The notes under the pieces were generated by a model, which had not been told where the DNA came from, did no database searches, and saw only the letters and a program-made list of their open reading frames with translations. From assembly GCA_050613775.1 (NCBI GenBank), contig JBODTK010000103.1:310001-374000 (forward strand): a stretch of DNA of 64,000 nt. Reading direction: 5' to 3'. Position 1 is the stretch's first letter, and each line of letters begins with the position of its first letter. The translations under genes and the position numbers were made by a program. Of this stretch, positions 11,690 through 26,116 are shown in pieces. This DNA is from Neocallimastix sp. 'constans'. Lineage: Eukaryota.

Positions 11690-12110
11690 TGAATTTTTAG
11701 CTTTTGAGGGTTTGAAGACATCCCTTTCCCAATAAAACTTTTTTATTTCATTTGTTTTTTTACCAATTAATTTCTTATCCAAAGTCCTTGATTCTTTAGT
11801 CCATGAGTAATGTGGCATAGTAGGAATATTATTAGTGAGATGATTAATAATACATGATAAGTTTTTCCTTTTTCTAAAGCAGCGTAATTGAATATAGCAC
11901 AGACAGCCGAAAGAGGAGGTATTCTCAATTCACAAGTAATATCATAGAGACTAACATAAGAATTGCGATATTTAAATCCATAACTCCAATAAAGTCCTCT
12001 ATTAATAATTTTTTGAGCTTTAGAACATCTGTTCTTATTTGAACCAAAGAGAGGAGCATAATATATAACAAGACCAAGAATAAACGAAATTAAAACATAT
12101 TTATTAAAAC
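11690..12110 (-). mobile_element. Degenerate LINE ORF2 fragment (post-RT region)
   Basis: The minus strand reads VIYYAPLFGSNKNRCSKAQKIINRGLYW...LRIPPLSAVCAI/QLRCFRK...NIPTMPHYSWTKESR. This is clearly homologous to VIYYSPLLGSNKSRTARIQTLINTGLFW...IPPIAGVCAALQIKSF in ORF 3235..4716. Confidence 0.85.
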
Positions 12111-12129
12111 ATATAGATTATAATAAAAA

Positions 12130-12700
12130 CAATATTGATCTAAAATAATGGAATGCAAGATTAGGTCATTATTACAATCAAAATCTTTCAAAAATTTAGG
12201 AACACAACATCATTAAGGAAGAAAATAATGATAATATAAATTGTGAAGATTGTAAAACTAGTAAACCCAAGAAAAAACCATTCAACAAAACACCCAACTG
12301 CGTGAAAACATTACTCGGTGCTGCTAAATTATTTCCCATCTTGTGGAATGAAGCTATTAAATATATATGTACATTGTACAATTTAAATCCGCATCAAGAA
12401 ATTAATTTTAAAAATTCTGAAAGAAGTAATTTTCAATAAGAAAATTAATATATCAAAACTTAAAATTTTTGGATGCAAAGTAGTTTTTCTTAATAGATAC
12501 AAATAGGGAAAATTTGAAAATAATACAAAACCAAAGATTTTTAAAAACCAGGATATTCATCATACTTTTCTGGTTATCGTGTCTTCGACGTTATTTCAAA
12601 ATTAATAATTATCGTTCGTGATTCATACTTTAATGAAAGTATACTAGGCTCGGTTGGCACATCTTTTTTTCATTCCTTAAATCCTTCAGATAAACAAATT
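12130..12700 (+). mobile_element. Degenerate Ty1/copia pol fragment (GAG-pre-integrase zinc motif, integrase C-terminal end, SH3-like region)
   Basis: WNARLGHYYNQ...CEDCKTSK (12149-12265), then VKTLLGAAKLFPILWNEAI...LYNLNPH, LKIFGCKV and GYRVFD...IVRDSYFNE. Stops and frameshifts are present and the integrase core is missing. Confidence 0.8.
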
Positions 12701-13749
12701 GAGGGGAAACAGCACTTACAACATCAATTTACTCAATCCATTTATCATAATGAATTGAAATGAAAACAAACAGGATAGAATTAATCTTGAGGATAATATA
12801 GATTTAATGGATGAATATAATAATGAAAGTATGATATATAGTAATTTGGAAAACGAAATAATTAATGAAAATAAAATTTAGATAAAATTAATGAAGAATA
12901 TATTAAAAAAAAATGAAGATCAAAAATTAATTGAAAATCAAGAGGAAATAATCAAAAATTTCAAATATTGAAGAAAGAATAAAAATAATATCAAATAAAA
13001 GCCATGCCAAAATTCCACATTATAATAATAAAAATAATAAAAATAATGATATTATTAATATAAATAACAATAATGGCATAAACTGTAATAAAATTACAAA
13101 AAAATGTTTTTTTGAACTATCGTGTGGAAAAAAGTTTTGTTAATAAAAATTTGAAAAAAAATTATAAAAGTTTTAGATCTTAATAATTATAAAAATTTAT
13201 CTAAATCAAACTTTAATAATTATGAAATTGAAAACCAGAAACTTATTGAAAATGAAATTGAAAGCAACCATAAAAATCTGGTTAATATGAAAGATGAAAA
13301 AAATAAATTTTAGAAAATAATGAAAATTGTTAAAATTAAAGACTATAATTCTGAAAATGAATATGAAGACAATTTTAGTGATCTGGAAACTTTAGATAAA
13401 AAAAAATTAAGAAAAACCAACCAAAAAAAAAAAAAAAGATATTAAATTTAGTATTAAAAGGAATAATAAAATTATCGAAAAGTTTTAAGAGTGGGATTAA
13501 CCACGATAGGTCAGCACAATTTGATAAAGGGAAAGATATTTGAAATATGTTTTATTAAAATAAGTTTTATTAATAATTTAAAAATTTAAAATAATATTTA
13601 ATTAATTAATAGATGTAATATTTCAAATTAGTTATGAGTTGATTAATAAAAGCACCAAGAAAAATTTTTTCATTCATAAAGTTCGTACTATTTATATTTT
13701 TAACGGAAAAACAGTTTTAAAATATATTAGTTATTTTTGTTAAATTCTT

Positions 13750-15530
13750 TTAAGAGTTCAGGGCGATCTTCGAAGTATGGTTCAGATTCCGAAATATATA
13801 TGACTGGATCTATCCTAAGATTCTTGGTAATTCTAACTTATACTATATTGGTGAAATTTTCTTAATATTTATACATGGACCAAGTTTTCTGGGTTTTAAT
13901 TTTTTTTTATTTCCATTATGAATTATGGGTGAACTATTTATCCATACTTTATCATCTGGTTTGAAATTAGAATGCTCAATTCTATGTCTGTTGAGGAATT
14001 TCCTTTTGCTTCTTTATAGCTTGTTGTAAATTTTCTATAAGTGCTATTGTTATTTTTTGCATAATCTTGAGTAAATTCGTGGGTTCGTGGAATATCGGTA
14101 TTATTCGGAATGACAGGAGAATGTCTTGGATTGAAACCATAATTACCATAAAAAGAAGAAAAATTTTTTGAGTCTTGAACCGTATCACTGTAGCTAAATT
14201 CCTCAAGATAAAAAAAATTATACAAGTCAGTGCCTTTAAAGTTAGTATAATATCTTAAATATTGTTTAATAACGGCGTTCATCCTCTCCGTTAAATCATT
14301 AGTCTGGTGGTGGAAAGGAGATAAAGAGTTCATTATAATGTTAAGGAAGAGCAAATAATTGTTCAAAATTTTGAAGTAAATTGAGTTCCACGATCATTAC
14401 TCTATCATTTATTACAAATCGGTATTTTATATTATTTAAATTAATTAAATATTTAAACCTTACCTTAATTCAATAATATCGTTTCTAGGTCTACCATTAT
14501 CAATTAATTTGGATTCCATAGTTTTGTATTTTACAATTAAAATATTAATTTAATCAGTTTTTCCTTTTTTTTTCAAAATATTTTTTAAAATTAGTCATTA
14601 TTACTAGTTTACCACAGAGGCACCAGCAGGAAATTTAAATTTTTGAATGAAGCCTTTAGTGAAATTTTCATTAGTATATTCCTTAAGAGGGTCTGTTTTT
14701 TTTTATCAGTTAAAGTAGTAGATTTAGTCCATAAAAAAGCTTAGAGTTTAAGCTTTAATTTTGTATTTATAAATCTATGGTGCAGCAGTTTGTTTGACAA
14801 TTTCTCCTTGAAAACATCTTTAAATAGAAGAAGTTTACTTGATAGATTGTTTAGAGAATTATCAGTTGAAGCTTTACCTTATTTTTTTTTTTTTTTTTAA
14901 GTTTATTATTGTTAGAGTCCAAATGAATTGCAATAAATGTTTGATACGATAAGACAGTTATTTATATTATTAAATAATTTAAAGTAATAAAGGAGAGTTC
15001 TTTGGTTGAGAAGTTAATTGTTTTGGATTATGAGTTGATAACCAGTCAGTACCAATGATAGTACAATAAGATGGGAGATCCATAATGTAGAGTTTAGTCT
15101 TTGTAGGGATGATTGTTGTATTTATATGAAATTGGAATAGATTCACTGAGAATATGCTTATTTCCCGATTTCTTCCTATGTTTGACACTTTAGGCAAGTT
15201 AGTTTTCGTAGAGTAAATAATATATATTGTTTTCTTTAGGGAAGACAATGTCCATAAGATTAAGTAATAATTTTGAGAACAGAATCCAGAAGAATTTTTG
15301 CTTTTGAAGTGAAATTGGAAACAGTGAGAAAAAGAATTCGAAAATGGGAAATTTAATATTTGGTTCATCTAATATTCTTGGCCTTAGATTAAGCTTAGGA
15401 TAGGGATTAGTGATATGGGAACTACTAGTTGATGCCTTATTTCTATTTTTCAATGGACAATTCTCCAGGGAGTGCTTAACAGAACAACAGTAAAGGCATA
15501 GGTTTTCTCTTCTTCTCCTATTCTTTTTTT
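13750..15530 (-). mobile_element. Degenerate, internally deleted Ty3/gypsy (Tf2-like) LTR retrotransposon
   Basis: In gypsy order on the minus strand: gag knuckle CLYCCSVKHSLENC (~15500-15457), protease IIGTDWLSTHNP, RT N-terminal remnant (~14830-14600), integrase DRGTQFTS/HHQTNDLTERMN...YGFNP, and SH3-like KLKPRKLGP...YKLELP. Confidence 0.85.
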
Positions 15531-15819
15531 TTTTTTTTTTTTTTTGATTGTAAGTGGTATGAGAAACTTACGTTTGGACGAATATTTATTAGGAACAAAT
15601 ATCTTATTAAATATTTATATTATTATTATTTATATTTATTTTAATATGGTTTTAAACTATATTAATATTGTTTTTTTAAGAATATCTTAAACCTATCAAA
15701 GAACAAATTTATGAAATTCTAAATTATAAAAAATACTAATAAAAATATATTTGCTGGTAATTATTATAATAAAATAATATTTAATAATATTTAATAATAT
15801 GTAAAGAAGAAATTGATTT

Positions 15820-16560
15820 AATTTAGATGAAAAAAATTTTTATAAATTATTTTATTATTTGAATTTATTATTGTTAATTTTATAATATTTGAATTATTGT
15901 TGAGTGGCTCAGTTATAGATTTTATGCAGATTTTGGTTTGTTTTATTGAGCTGATAATATTTCTTGTTATGTTTGGTGAGTGCAACACAAGGTTCAATTT
16001 TATGGTAGTATCATTTATTATAAAATTCATATTCGCTGTAACCTTCTTTAACTAAATTTCGAACTGTTAGTACATGAAAGTTCACTTAGACTCTTTATAA
16101 AGTTTATTAATAGATTATTGTTATTAGTGATATATTCAACATGCTCCTCAAATACATAACAATTTTGTTGTTTCTTTCTTATTATAAATATTAAAAACAC
16201 TTTCTTTAATATTTTCATAATATTCTTTTCTTTTTTTTTCTGGATTTTTTCTATTAAATATATGTTTCCTACAGTAAGTTGGCAGGATTTCATCATCATC
16301 CAAAGTATCAATGTAGTCTATTTTGCTATTTGGTTTTTCTATTTCTTCAATGAACCAATTAGTTTTAAAATTATGTCTTTTGTAATGGTAATTCTTTTTT
16401 TTTTTTTTTTTTTTTTTATAAAAATTTCTTTTATTTTCTCTTTCCCATAGGATTTTGTCTATTATTTTTGGCGTTTGTCTCGACATACATTCACGTGTAG
16501 TAAAAAAATTTCATAAATGTGAAAGAATTACTTTTCTTCACAAATTTTAATATAATTTTA
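15820..16560 (-). mobile_element. Degenerate Ty1/copia gag-protease fragment
   Basis: YITNNNNLLINF...LSCTNSS/EGYSEYEF/LVLHSPNITRNIISS follows the copia protease pattern (HIT..LL.NF, AN, EGYG, VLYSP..NLIS). It is heavily mutated. Confidence 0.55.
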
Positions 16561-16633
16561 AATATAATTTTTATGTAGTTCTCCTTTATTATATCTATTT
16601 ATCTATTTCCATTGGGTTATCTTGATAAAAATT

Positions 16634-16635
<2 letters not shown>

Positions 16636-16694
<59 letters not shown>

Positions 16695-16795
16695 TAGTAA
16701 TGATAATAATAATGATAATAATAATAATAAAAATAGTAATGATAATAATAATGATAATAATAATAATAAAAATAGTAATGATAATAATAATGATA
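16636..16795. repeat. (AAT)n microsatellite followed by about three copies of a 39-bp compound unit (AAAAATAGTAATGATAATAATAATGAT...)
   Basis: Seen directly. Confidence 0.85.
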
Positions 16796-17092
16796 TATAT
16801 TATGATATATATTTGATAATCATATATAATAATATTATTAATAATGGTATTACAATTAGTAAATATAATAATAAAAATTTTGATATTATTAAATCATTGA
16901 ATAATTGTTAATAATAATATAACTAATAATAATATAAATATTTATAATAAATAAATAATTAATTAATTAATAATAATTTTCTACTAGTATTATTATTATT
17001 ATTATTTATTTAATCCTAATAAAATAAAATAATAATTTGATAATCTTAACAATCATAATATAATTAATAATAATAATAATTATGATAAATCA

Positions 17093-17146
<54 letters not shown>

Positions 17147-18218
17147 AATGAACAAGATTTTTAATTATTTATATATTTATTTTTATTATTTTGCTTAAAA
17201 TATTGTTTTCGAAAATTCATAAAACATGATCATTAATTAATTTTAGGTAATAACTGAATGAATATTGAAAAATAAAAAAAATGAAAGTATCTTAGTAATA
17301 AAAAAAAAATTTTTTTTTTTAAAGTTGTAATATAATAAATATGGAAAAAAAAATAAAAATATGGATAAAAAAAAGTATTATATATTTATGCTTATTTTTT
17401 CTTAATTTATATAGATATATTATAAACTAATAATAAAATAAATATATTTACATAAATTTAGTTTTATAATAGTAACTATCATAATATTATTATTATTTTA
17501 AAGGTTGTTTACCATAAATAATAATAAAATAGTACTACTAATAATAAAATAATAATAATAAAATAATAATAATAATAATAATAATAAAATGATAATAAAA
17601 TAAAGATAATAATAAATATAATGATAATAAATTAATAATAATTACGATAAATCAAAAAAAAAAAAAAAAAACAGTAATATCAATGATTTTTAATTAATTA
17701 TATATTTATTTATATTATTTTATTTAAAAAATTAATATTTAGGAAATTAATTTTTAAAAAGTATTTATTAATTAATTTTTGGTAATAATAAAAAAATGAA
17801 AGTGTTTATATGCTAAATAAATAATAAAAAATTTTTTGTTAAATTTTAATATTTTTTTCCCAATAAATAATTGGGAAAAAATATATTAAAAATATGAATA
17901 TAAGAATAATTATACTTAATTTTTTCTTAATTTACATGAATTGAAAATATATAATTTTTATTATTATTGCATTATTGCATTATTAATAACTATAAGCTTT
18001 AAGAATCATTTAATCATAATCATTTAATTAATAAATAAATGAAAATTAATGATTTTAATAATTTCAAAAAAAAAAAAAAATTTATTTATTTTTTTTATAA
18101 CTATTTATTAATTAATTAAATGATTAATAACATCTAAAAAATTTGATATTGTTAATTTAGTTTTAATGATACAATATAGTTGTGATATTAATTAAATCAT
18201 GATATTATATCTCAACTA

Positions 18219-18263
<45 letters not shown>

Positions 18264-18527
18264 CTTTTACTTCATATTTTGATATTTAATACAGATTCAA
18301 TATCAATTTTATATATATATTAAAATATTGTTTACTATCAAACCATAATTTTTTTTTGTTTAAAAAAATTTGAAATAAAAAGAATTAAAAGTTATTAATT
18401 TTATTCTTTTAATTATATTTTATTGTATTTTTTTTTTTATATTTTTTTATTGTTAAATAAATAGCTTCATCAGTTTATATACTATATATTTAATATTACA
18501 TTGATAAATAAAAAAATTGTATATATT

Positions 18528-18745
18528 TAATAAATAATAAATAATAAATAATAAATAATAAATAATAAATAATAAATAATAAATAATAAATAATAAATAA
18601 TAAATAATAAATAATAAATAATAAATAATAAATAATAAATAATAAATAATAAATAATAAATAATAAATAAACAAGTAAATATATAATAAACAATAAATAA
18701 TAAATAAATAGATAAATAAATAGTAGCAAATAATAAATAATAAAG
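18528..18745. repeat. (AATAAAT)n heptamer microsatellite
   Basis: Near-perfect run at 18528-18670 with a degenerate tail. Confidence 0.9.
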
Positions 18746-20341
18746 TTGTTTACAAATTATAGTACTTTTAAAATATTTCAATGGACCAATAATCCTTTAA
18801 ATAATTAATTATTAATTTATATAAATTAAAATTAAAAATTTAAATAATAGTTTTATTATTTACTACTAATAATAAAAATTATAATAATTATTTATTTATT
18901 TTTAAAAATTTTTAATTCTGGTTTCTTATATATATGAAATTATTTATTTTTTAAGTTATATATCATGAAAAGTCTAGAATTGCTTTATTTTTATTTATTG
19001 TTTTTTTTCTTTTTTAATTAAATAAACAATTATTTTTTTTTGATATTGTAAAACCTTCATTATACTAAAGCTTTACACAATATAAATAAATAATAGTATT
19101 TAAATAAATAAATAATAATGGAATATAAATAATAAATAATGGAATATAAATAATAAATAATGGAATATAAATAATAGAAAAAAAAAAAAAAAAAACATAA
19201 AATTTTAAATTAAAAATTTACTAATTCGTTATTACTTATTATTTATTAATTTATGATATATTAATATTAATTTTATACATTTATTAATGATATATATATA
19301 ATATTCCATCTTCATTAATAATATATATTTTAATATTCTATTTTTATTAATGATTATATATTAATATTCCATATTTTATAATTAATATATAGGAAATTTT
19401 ATTCTTTTTTTTTTTTATGAATTAAAAAATCAAAATTTTAATTTATATATTTTTGAAACTTTTTGAAACAATTATTAATTATACCATGATATTATTTTTT
19501 TCTTCATTTAATTATAAAATCTTTTTTTTTTCTTCTTCTTTTAAGTTTTTATTTATATCAATGGAATTAATTATTAAAAAATTAATATAATAAATAATTT
19601 AATAATAAATAATAAATAATAGAATAATAAGTAATAATCAATAATCTATAATCAAAAATAATTAATATTTATTATTTTATTTAAATTATCAATATTAGTA
19701 TTGAATTATCAAAAAATTATTTTAAATTACCTTTATTTATTTATAACAAAATTTAAAGGAAATTAATTAATATATTTTTTATTTAACTTTTTTTTTTTTT
19801 TTTTTCATCTTTTTTGGCTAAATAATAGCTTTTATTGCATAATCTAAATTAAAAAAGTATTTTGTATTACAGAAAAATCGTAGCATTAATACATATTATA
19901 ATTTAATTAAATACTATTTTTTAAAACTTGAGAAATACAAGAATTTAATAAGTTATTGAAAGCTTGAAATATTTGATAAACAACTAAGAGAGTCATAAAA
20001 TCAAATAAAAAAATAAAAATAAAAAAAAAAAGCTTAAAACTATAAATAAAATTTCTCTCAAAAAGTTAACAAACCGAACTTATCATAAAGTTTTTAGTAA
20101 TTCTTTTAGTTTTCATTTATTTTATTTTCCTTTGGTGAATAAAATAAAAAATAATATGTTTATTAATTCAAAAATTTGATAATGATTAATTCATAGTATA
20201 AAAAAGTTAAAAAACATTTTATTTTTAATGAATAATATTTTATATTATATAACATTAATACTTTGCTATATATATTTTATAATTTTAATAACTAAAAAAG
20301 GTTATATATTGTCATACATGTATGTAAATTATTAATTTTTC

Positions 20342-20372
<31 letters not shown>

Positions 20373-21077
20373 TATATATTATATAGAGAAAAATTTTTAT
20401 AAAATATTTTTTCTTTTTTGTATGTTTCATGATAATTTTTTTAAATTTTTAACTTTATATTTAATCATTCCGTTTTTTTATAAAGAAAAAACAAAAACTT
20501 AATTTCTTATTATATATATTTATAAACTTTAAGCCATCTCAATTTATGATTAATAATATATAATTATAATTTAATTAAATCAATACTCTTTAATATATTA
20601 TAAGCCATTTTTCAAATGTGTAACCTTTCAATTATCCTTAAAATTTTTTTTAATTAAGATTAAAAAAAAAAAGTGTAAAAATAAAACCATTACACAAATA
20701 TATTTTAACGCTTGGCTCTAACATTAATAACAAAAGTTTATTATGTATAAATTTTAATTACTATTATTTTTTTGTATTCTAATTAATTAATTGGTAATAA
20801 TTAATTAATAATAGAAACACGATTTTATAATGATACTATTGGACACAATAATCATGATAATTAATTAATTTAATATTTTTTTAATTAAAAAATAATAATT
20901 TATACTAAATAAAACATAAAAAAAAATATAAAATATAAAATATAAAATGAAATAAATATATAGATAAATAAATAAATATATAAATAAAATTATAACTAAG
21001 TTAAATAACTAAACTAAGTTAATAGAATATTTATGTATTTTATTATTATATTTTAATTATACTATTAGAAACAATAT

Positions 21078-21420
21078 AATTATATAAAAAAATAAAAAAT
21101 TCGAGAAATAGTAAATATATATGTAACGTAACATATATGACTATCAATTACATAAATAACAATAGATTTCTCCCAAATAAACTGAATTAATGGTTTTTTT
21201 TCTTTAATCATTTCTAAATCAAAAAAAAAAAAATTCCCCTTTTTTTTTTTTTTTTTAATTATAATTTTTTTTTTTTTGATTTAGAAATGATTAAAGAAAA
21301 AAAACCATTAATTCAGTTTATTTGGGAGAAATCTATTGTTATTTATGTAATTGATAGTCATATATGTTACGTTACATATATATTTACTATTTCTCGAATT
21401 TTTTATTTTTTTATATAATT
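21078..21420. repeat. Perfect inverted repeat, 158-bp arms (21078-21235 and 21263-21420), 27-nt spacer
   Basis: The arms are reverse complements, including complex sequence (ttcgagaaatag/ctatttctcgaa; gatttctcccaaat/atttgggagaaatc) and matching homopolymer lengths (A13/T13, T8/A8). Confidence 0.95.
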
Positions 21421-23272
21421 TTATTACTTTATTTTAATATATATAAAGTAAAAGAAATGAACCCAAAATATTAATAATATAAATAATAAAGTAATATAAA
21501 ATATATATATAATTAAAATTCATATTAAATGAATAATTATAAACATATTATTATAAATAAAAATATTACATAAATATCTCCAGTTATTTTTAAGGATATT
21601 AACTGTAAATACTAACTGCTTTCAATTAAGTAAAAAGTATTTATTTTATCATGAAAAAACCTTATAAAATAAATAAAATAAATATAACAAAAGCATAAAA
21701 AATAATATTTCTTTTTAGAATAAATATTATTAAATTGATTAGAAAAAAAAATTATTATAATAATTTTATAAAGATAAAATTATAATATTTAAGATTATTC
21801 CATTTTTGATTCTATAAGATACTTTATTAATAAGTATAATAAGTAAACTTTTTTATGAAACATAGAACAGGATTTGCTTTTATTTTATTTTTATTATTAA
21901 AAAATTATATAATAAAAAAAAAATAAAACAAACAGTAGAATATAAATATAAAAGGTATTTTAATAAATGAATAAAATATATATATTAATAATAAATAATA
22001 TTTTATTCATATTTAAGTATGAATAAAATATATATAATCTTTTATATATATGTTCTTTTTTCTATTTTTTTTTATATTAAAAAAAAAAAGGAAAAAATTA
22101 AAACTTTAAACTTAAATTGTTAATGAATTACTTAAATTAAGCTATTTTATGGTGCACATTAAAAATAACTTAATATTGAAAATCTTCTTAGTATTAAAAG
22201 ATTACTTTTTACCATGTAGTTTTAATCCTTAAAAATATTTATATTTTTTTTTATAACATTTTATTACATTAATTTAATAATTTATAAAAGTTAAGAAATA
22301 ACCATATGATGATCATTTATTTATTTAGTTTTTGTTTAAAAGTATTTATTATATTTTGTTCTTTTTTATTTATTTATTTGTTCAATATATCTTTATTAAT
22401 TAAATAAGAAGAACAAAACAAATTGAAAATTAATCTTTGTTATAATATAATGAATAATCTACTTTTAAATAATTATAAATTATCAAAATAAAAATATTAT
22501 TTAAATATTTTTAATTGTGTAATTTATTTTGTCTTTATAATGGTAAAATGTATATTAAACAAAATTTATATAAAATCATTACTATTAAAGTTTTAAGTAT
22601 GGAAAAAAATTTAGGTTGCACAAATAATTAACGTAATATAACAGATTATATTATAATATATTGAATATTTATTTATTTTTTATTAAATTGAAACAAATAG
22701 ATTGTGAAAGAATTATGTCACCAAAATTTAAATTATTTATATAAAAAAATATATTGGAATTTAATAATTAAAATTAAACTTTTAATATATTATATTATAA
22801 TTTATTTTATTATCTTTTTACTTTTTTTTTTTGTTTTATATTTTAAATATAATTATACAATTGATTCTAAATTATGTGTAATATATTTAATATATATTAT
22901 AATTTGTTTTAAATACATTTTTTCATATTTTTTATATATTTTAAATTTTTTATGTTTTATTTATTTTTTTTTTTTTAATATGTTAATTATTAATATATCA
23001 TTTAATTTAAAAAAAAATTAAAAATATTAAAAAATTAAAAATAAAAAAAATTATTAGGTATGCTTTTAACCAATAATTAAAGTTTGCCTTTTTTCTACTA
23101 TTAAATAAAGTTATTATATATTTTGTGTTTTTTAAATATTAATATATAGAACTTTTGAATAAATAATGAACTTTATCTAAAATGTAGTAATATTATAGGT
23201 AAAAAAATAAATATTAAAAATGTTTTTTTTTTATTAAAATGAAATATTAAAAAATTTTTTTTTTTTTGATAA

Positions 23273-23303
<31 letters not shown>

Positions 23304-23709
23304 TTAATTATATAAATTAAATTTATGATTATAATAAATAATATAAATAATGATAACATATTAATTTATATTATATAAATAAAAATTAAATATATTATTA
23401 AAACATAAAATATTTAATACATATATAAATATTAAAATATTTTCCTCAGAATTTTTTTCTACACTTTTCTTATTTTTTTTTCTTTATTTTAATTTATTAT
23501 TTGTGTATAATGAAAAAAGTGATGCAATAAATTGTATATCCAAAATCACTTTTATAATAAAAATAATAAAGTATTTATAGAGATAATATTATTTTGAAAT
23601 TAATTAAAAACAATAAATAATAATAATAATATGATTTTATTTTATTAAATAAAATAAATAGAAAAAAATAGAATAGAATAAAAATAAATTAAATAATAAT
23701 AATAATAAT

Positions 23710-23748
<39 letters not shown>

Positions 23749-23763
23749 ATAAAAATAAAAACA

Positions 23764-23794
<31 letters not shown>

Positions 23795-24053
23795 CAAAAA
23801 GAAAAAAAAAAAATTAAATTGAAGAATAAGTTTTAATTATTTATTAATATAAACAAATTTAATTAAAAAATATTATAATATATTCCATTTTCTTTTGTCT
23901 TTCAATAATAAATAAATTAGAAATTATTTTGTCAACAAATAAAAATATAATATATTTTTCTTAATTTATTTTTTTTTTAAAAAAAAAAAGAATTAAATAA
24001 ATAAATATATAAATATATAAATTAAAATAAAATTACAAAACTAAAATTTAAAT

Positions 24054-25736
24054 ATGTTCGATGCAAATATAAAAACAAAACCAATTGATGACGGTTTCGG
24101 AGTATTTGTTAATGCTACAACCGAAATATTGGATCATGTTAATAAAACACAATATTATGGACCAAGTTTAAGTTTCATTTTAGTTTTATATACCTATTGT
24201 ATTATTGGTGAGGGTAAACTTTGGAAACATTTATTAAGAGTAACATTTTATGGGTTTATTGCTGTTTCCTTAACAAGTCTTTTCGATACTTTTAAACTTT
24301 ACTTCACTCTTGATTATGTATTACAAATTAAATGGCTTGAAGGTATATTTTGGCATTTGAATGAATACGGCTATGTATATATTTCCTTTATAAAATTACA
24401 GACAGTCGTTAATGAACTTAAAAAGAAATATTGGGATTATATCATGAAGATATTATTTATATATAATTTATTAGTGAGATTTTTAATTGCCTATGCAAAT
24501 ATTGCTGGAAGAACAAGTAGTGCAGGTTCACATTTACAAGGTTTAACTTTTCTTCCTTTAGCTTTAGTTGAAGTTGCTTTTATGTATTTGATTATTAAAA
24601 CTTTTATTGAACAATCTAATACTAATGCAATGAGTAAAGATATTGTATCTACTATGTTAACAAGTACTTTAACTAGAATGTTTTTAGGTAAAAGATAAAA
24701 TTTTTTTTTTATTTATATATTTAAGATATTTTTTATTTAATATTCTGTATAAATATAAATATAATATCTATGATTATATGATTAATAACTTAATATTTAA
24801 TATTATTTATTATTAATAATATATATTATATTTATACATATATATATATATATATATATTTTGAAAATTATTAGTTGCTCTTATTTATTTCGTAAGTTCT
24901 ATTGTTTGTTTCTTATATGCTCCACCAATTTTAAAGGGTATTAAAAATACAGTTTGGAGAGCAAAAGCAGCTTTAGGTTTAATTTTCCTTCTTGATTTAT
25001 TATTTATTCGTATTGATTTAAGAGAAAAATTAAGTTATGGTGAAAGTACAAGTCAATATAAGAAATCCTATGGAAGTAACCCTAATAATTCCCAAGCCAA
25101 TTATCAAAAAATTAATTATGGTAAATAATAATAAACTATTGATTAAATATTCATTTATAATATATAGATAGAGAGATAGAGAGATAGAGAGATATTTTTT
25201 TTGAAATATTGTGTTTAGAAGATATAAAATGATTTTTAATAAATATTAAATAATACTGTATTTATGCTAAAACTATTATTTTTTGTTTATTTTATTTTAT
25301 TAGATTCTTTCAGTGGAAATAAATATAGTCAATCTAGTAAAACTTTGCAAGGTAATTCATATTCTTATTATAATGGACAATCTTCTCAAGATACTAGTAA
25401 ATTTAATTTCTCCTATGATACTAGTAAATATAGTCATTCACATTCTCATTCACAAGATACCAGTAAATATAGTTATTCACAAGAACCAATTGTTTTAAAA
25501 ATGGAAACAACTGAATCTATTCCAGATAACTATAGTTACGGTCCATATGGATCTTTAAAACCCTCAGAAAAGTACTTTAATCAAGTAAGTATAATAATTA
25601 TTAAGATAAATGATGAAATTTTAAACAAGAATATATTAATAAAATTTAATATATATAATACTAATTTATTATTATTTTTTTATTTTATTATTAATAAATA
25701 TTAATTTCGATAAATTTATAGTTAAAACATAAATAA
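24054..25736 (+). CDS. Predicted seven-transmembrane membrane protein with a Ser/Tyr-rich C-tail; exons 24054-24687, 24875-25120, 25304-25584, 25722-25736 (~391 aa)
   Basis: Three GT..AG introns give a continuous frame (phases 1, 1, 0). About seven hydrophobic segments are visible by eye. The last 15-nt exon is the least certain. Confidence 0.75.
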
Positions 25737-25976
25737 AAAATATATATATATAATCTATATATATATATAAATTAACAACATTATGATATTATTATTTCAT
25801 ATATGTTAATTTTTTATTCCATGAAAGTAGTCAATTGATTCAATAATAATAATGTTTATATTATATTAATTTATTAAAAACAAAAAAATATATATATCTT
25901 TTTGTTTTAATTTAGAAATATAAATTTATAAAGTTCTTAAATGTTAAATAAAATAATAATAATTAATAATTATAAA

Positions 25977-26024
<48 letters not shown>

Positions 26025-26085
26025 GTTAAAACCATTAATCAAAACAAAATGCAAAACAAAAAATAAAAATAGAAAAAATTAACAA

Positions 26086-26116
<31 letters not shown>

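Noticed and set aside
13525..13560. Possible polypurine tract and LTR start of the copia remnant
   Set aside because: No second LTR, PBS or TSD could be found.
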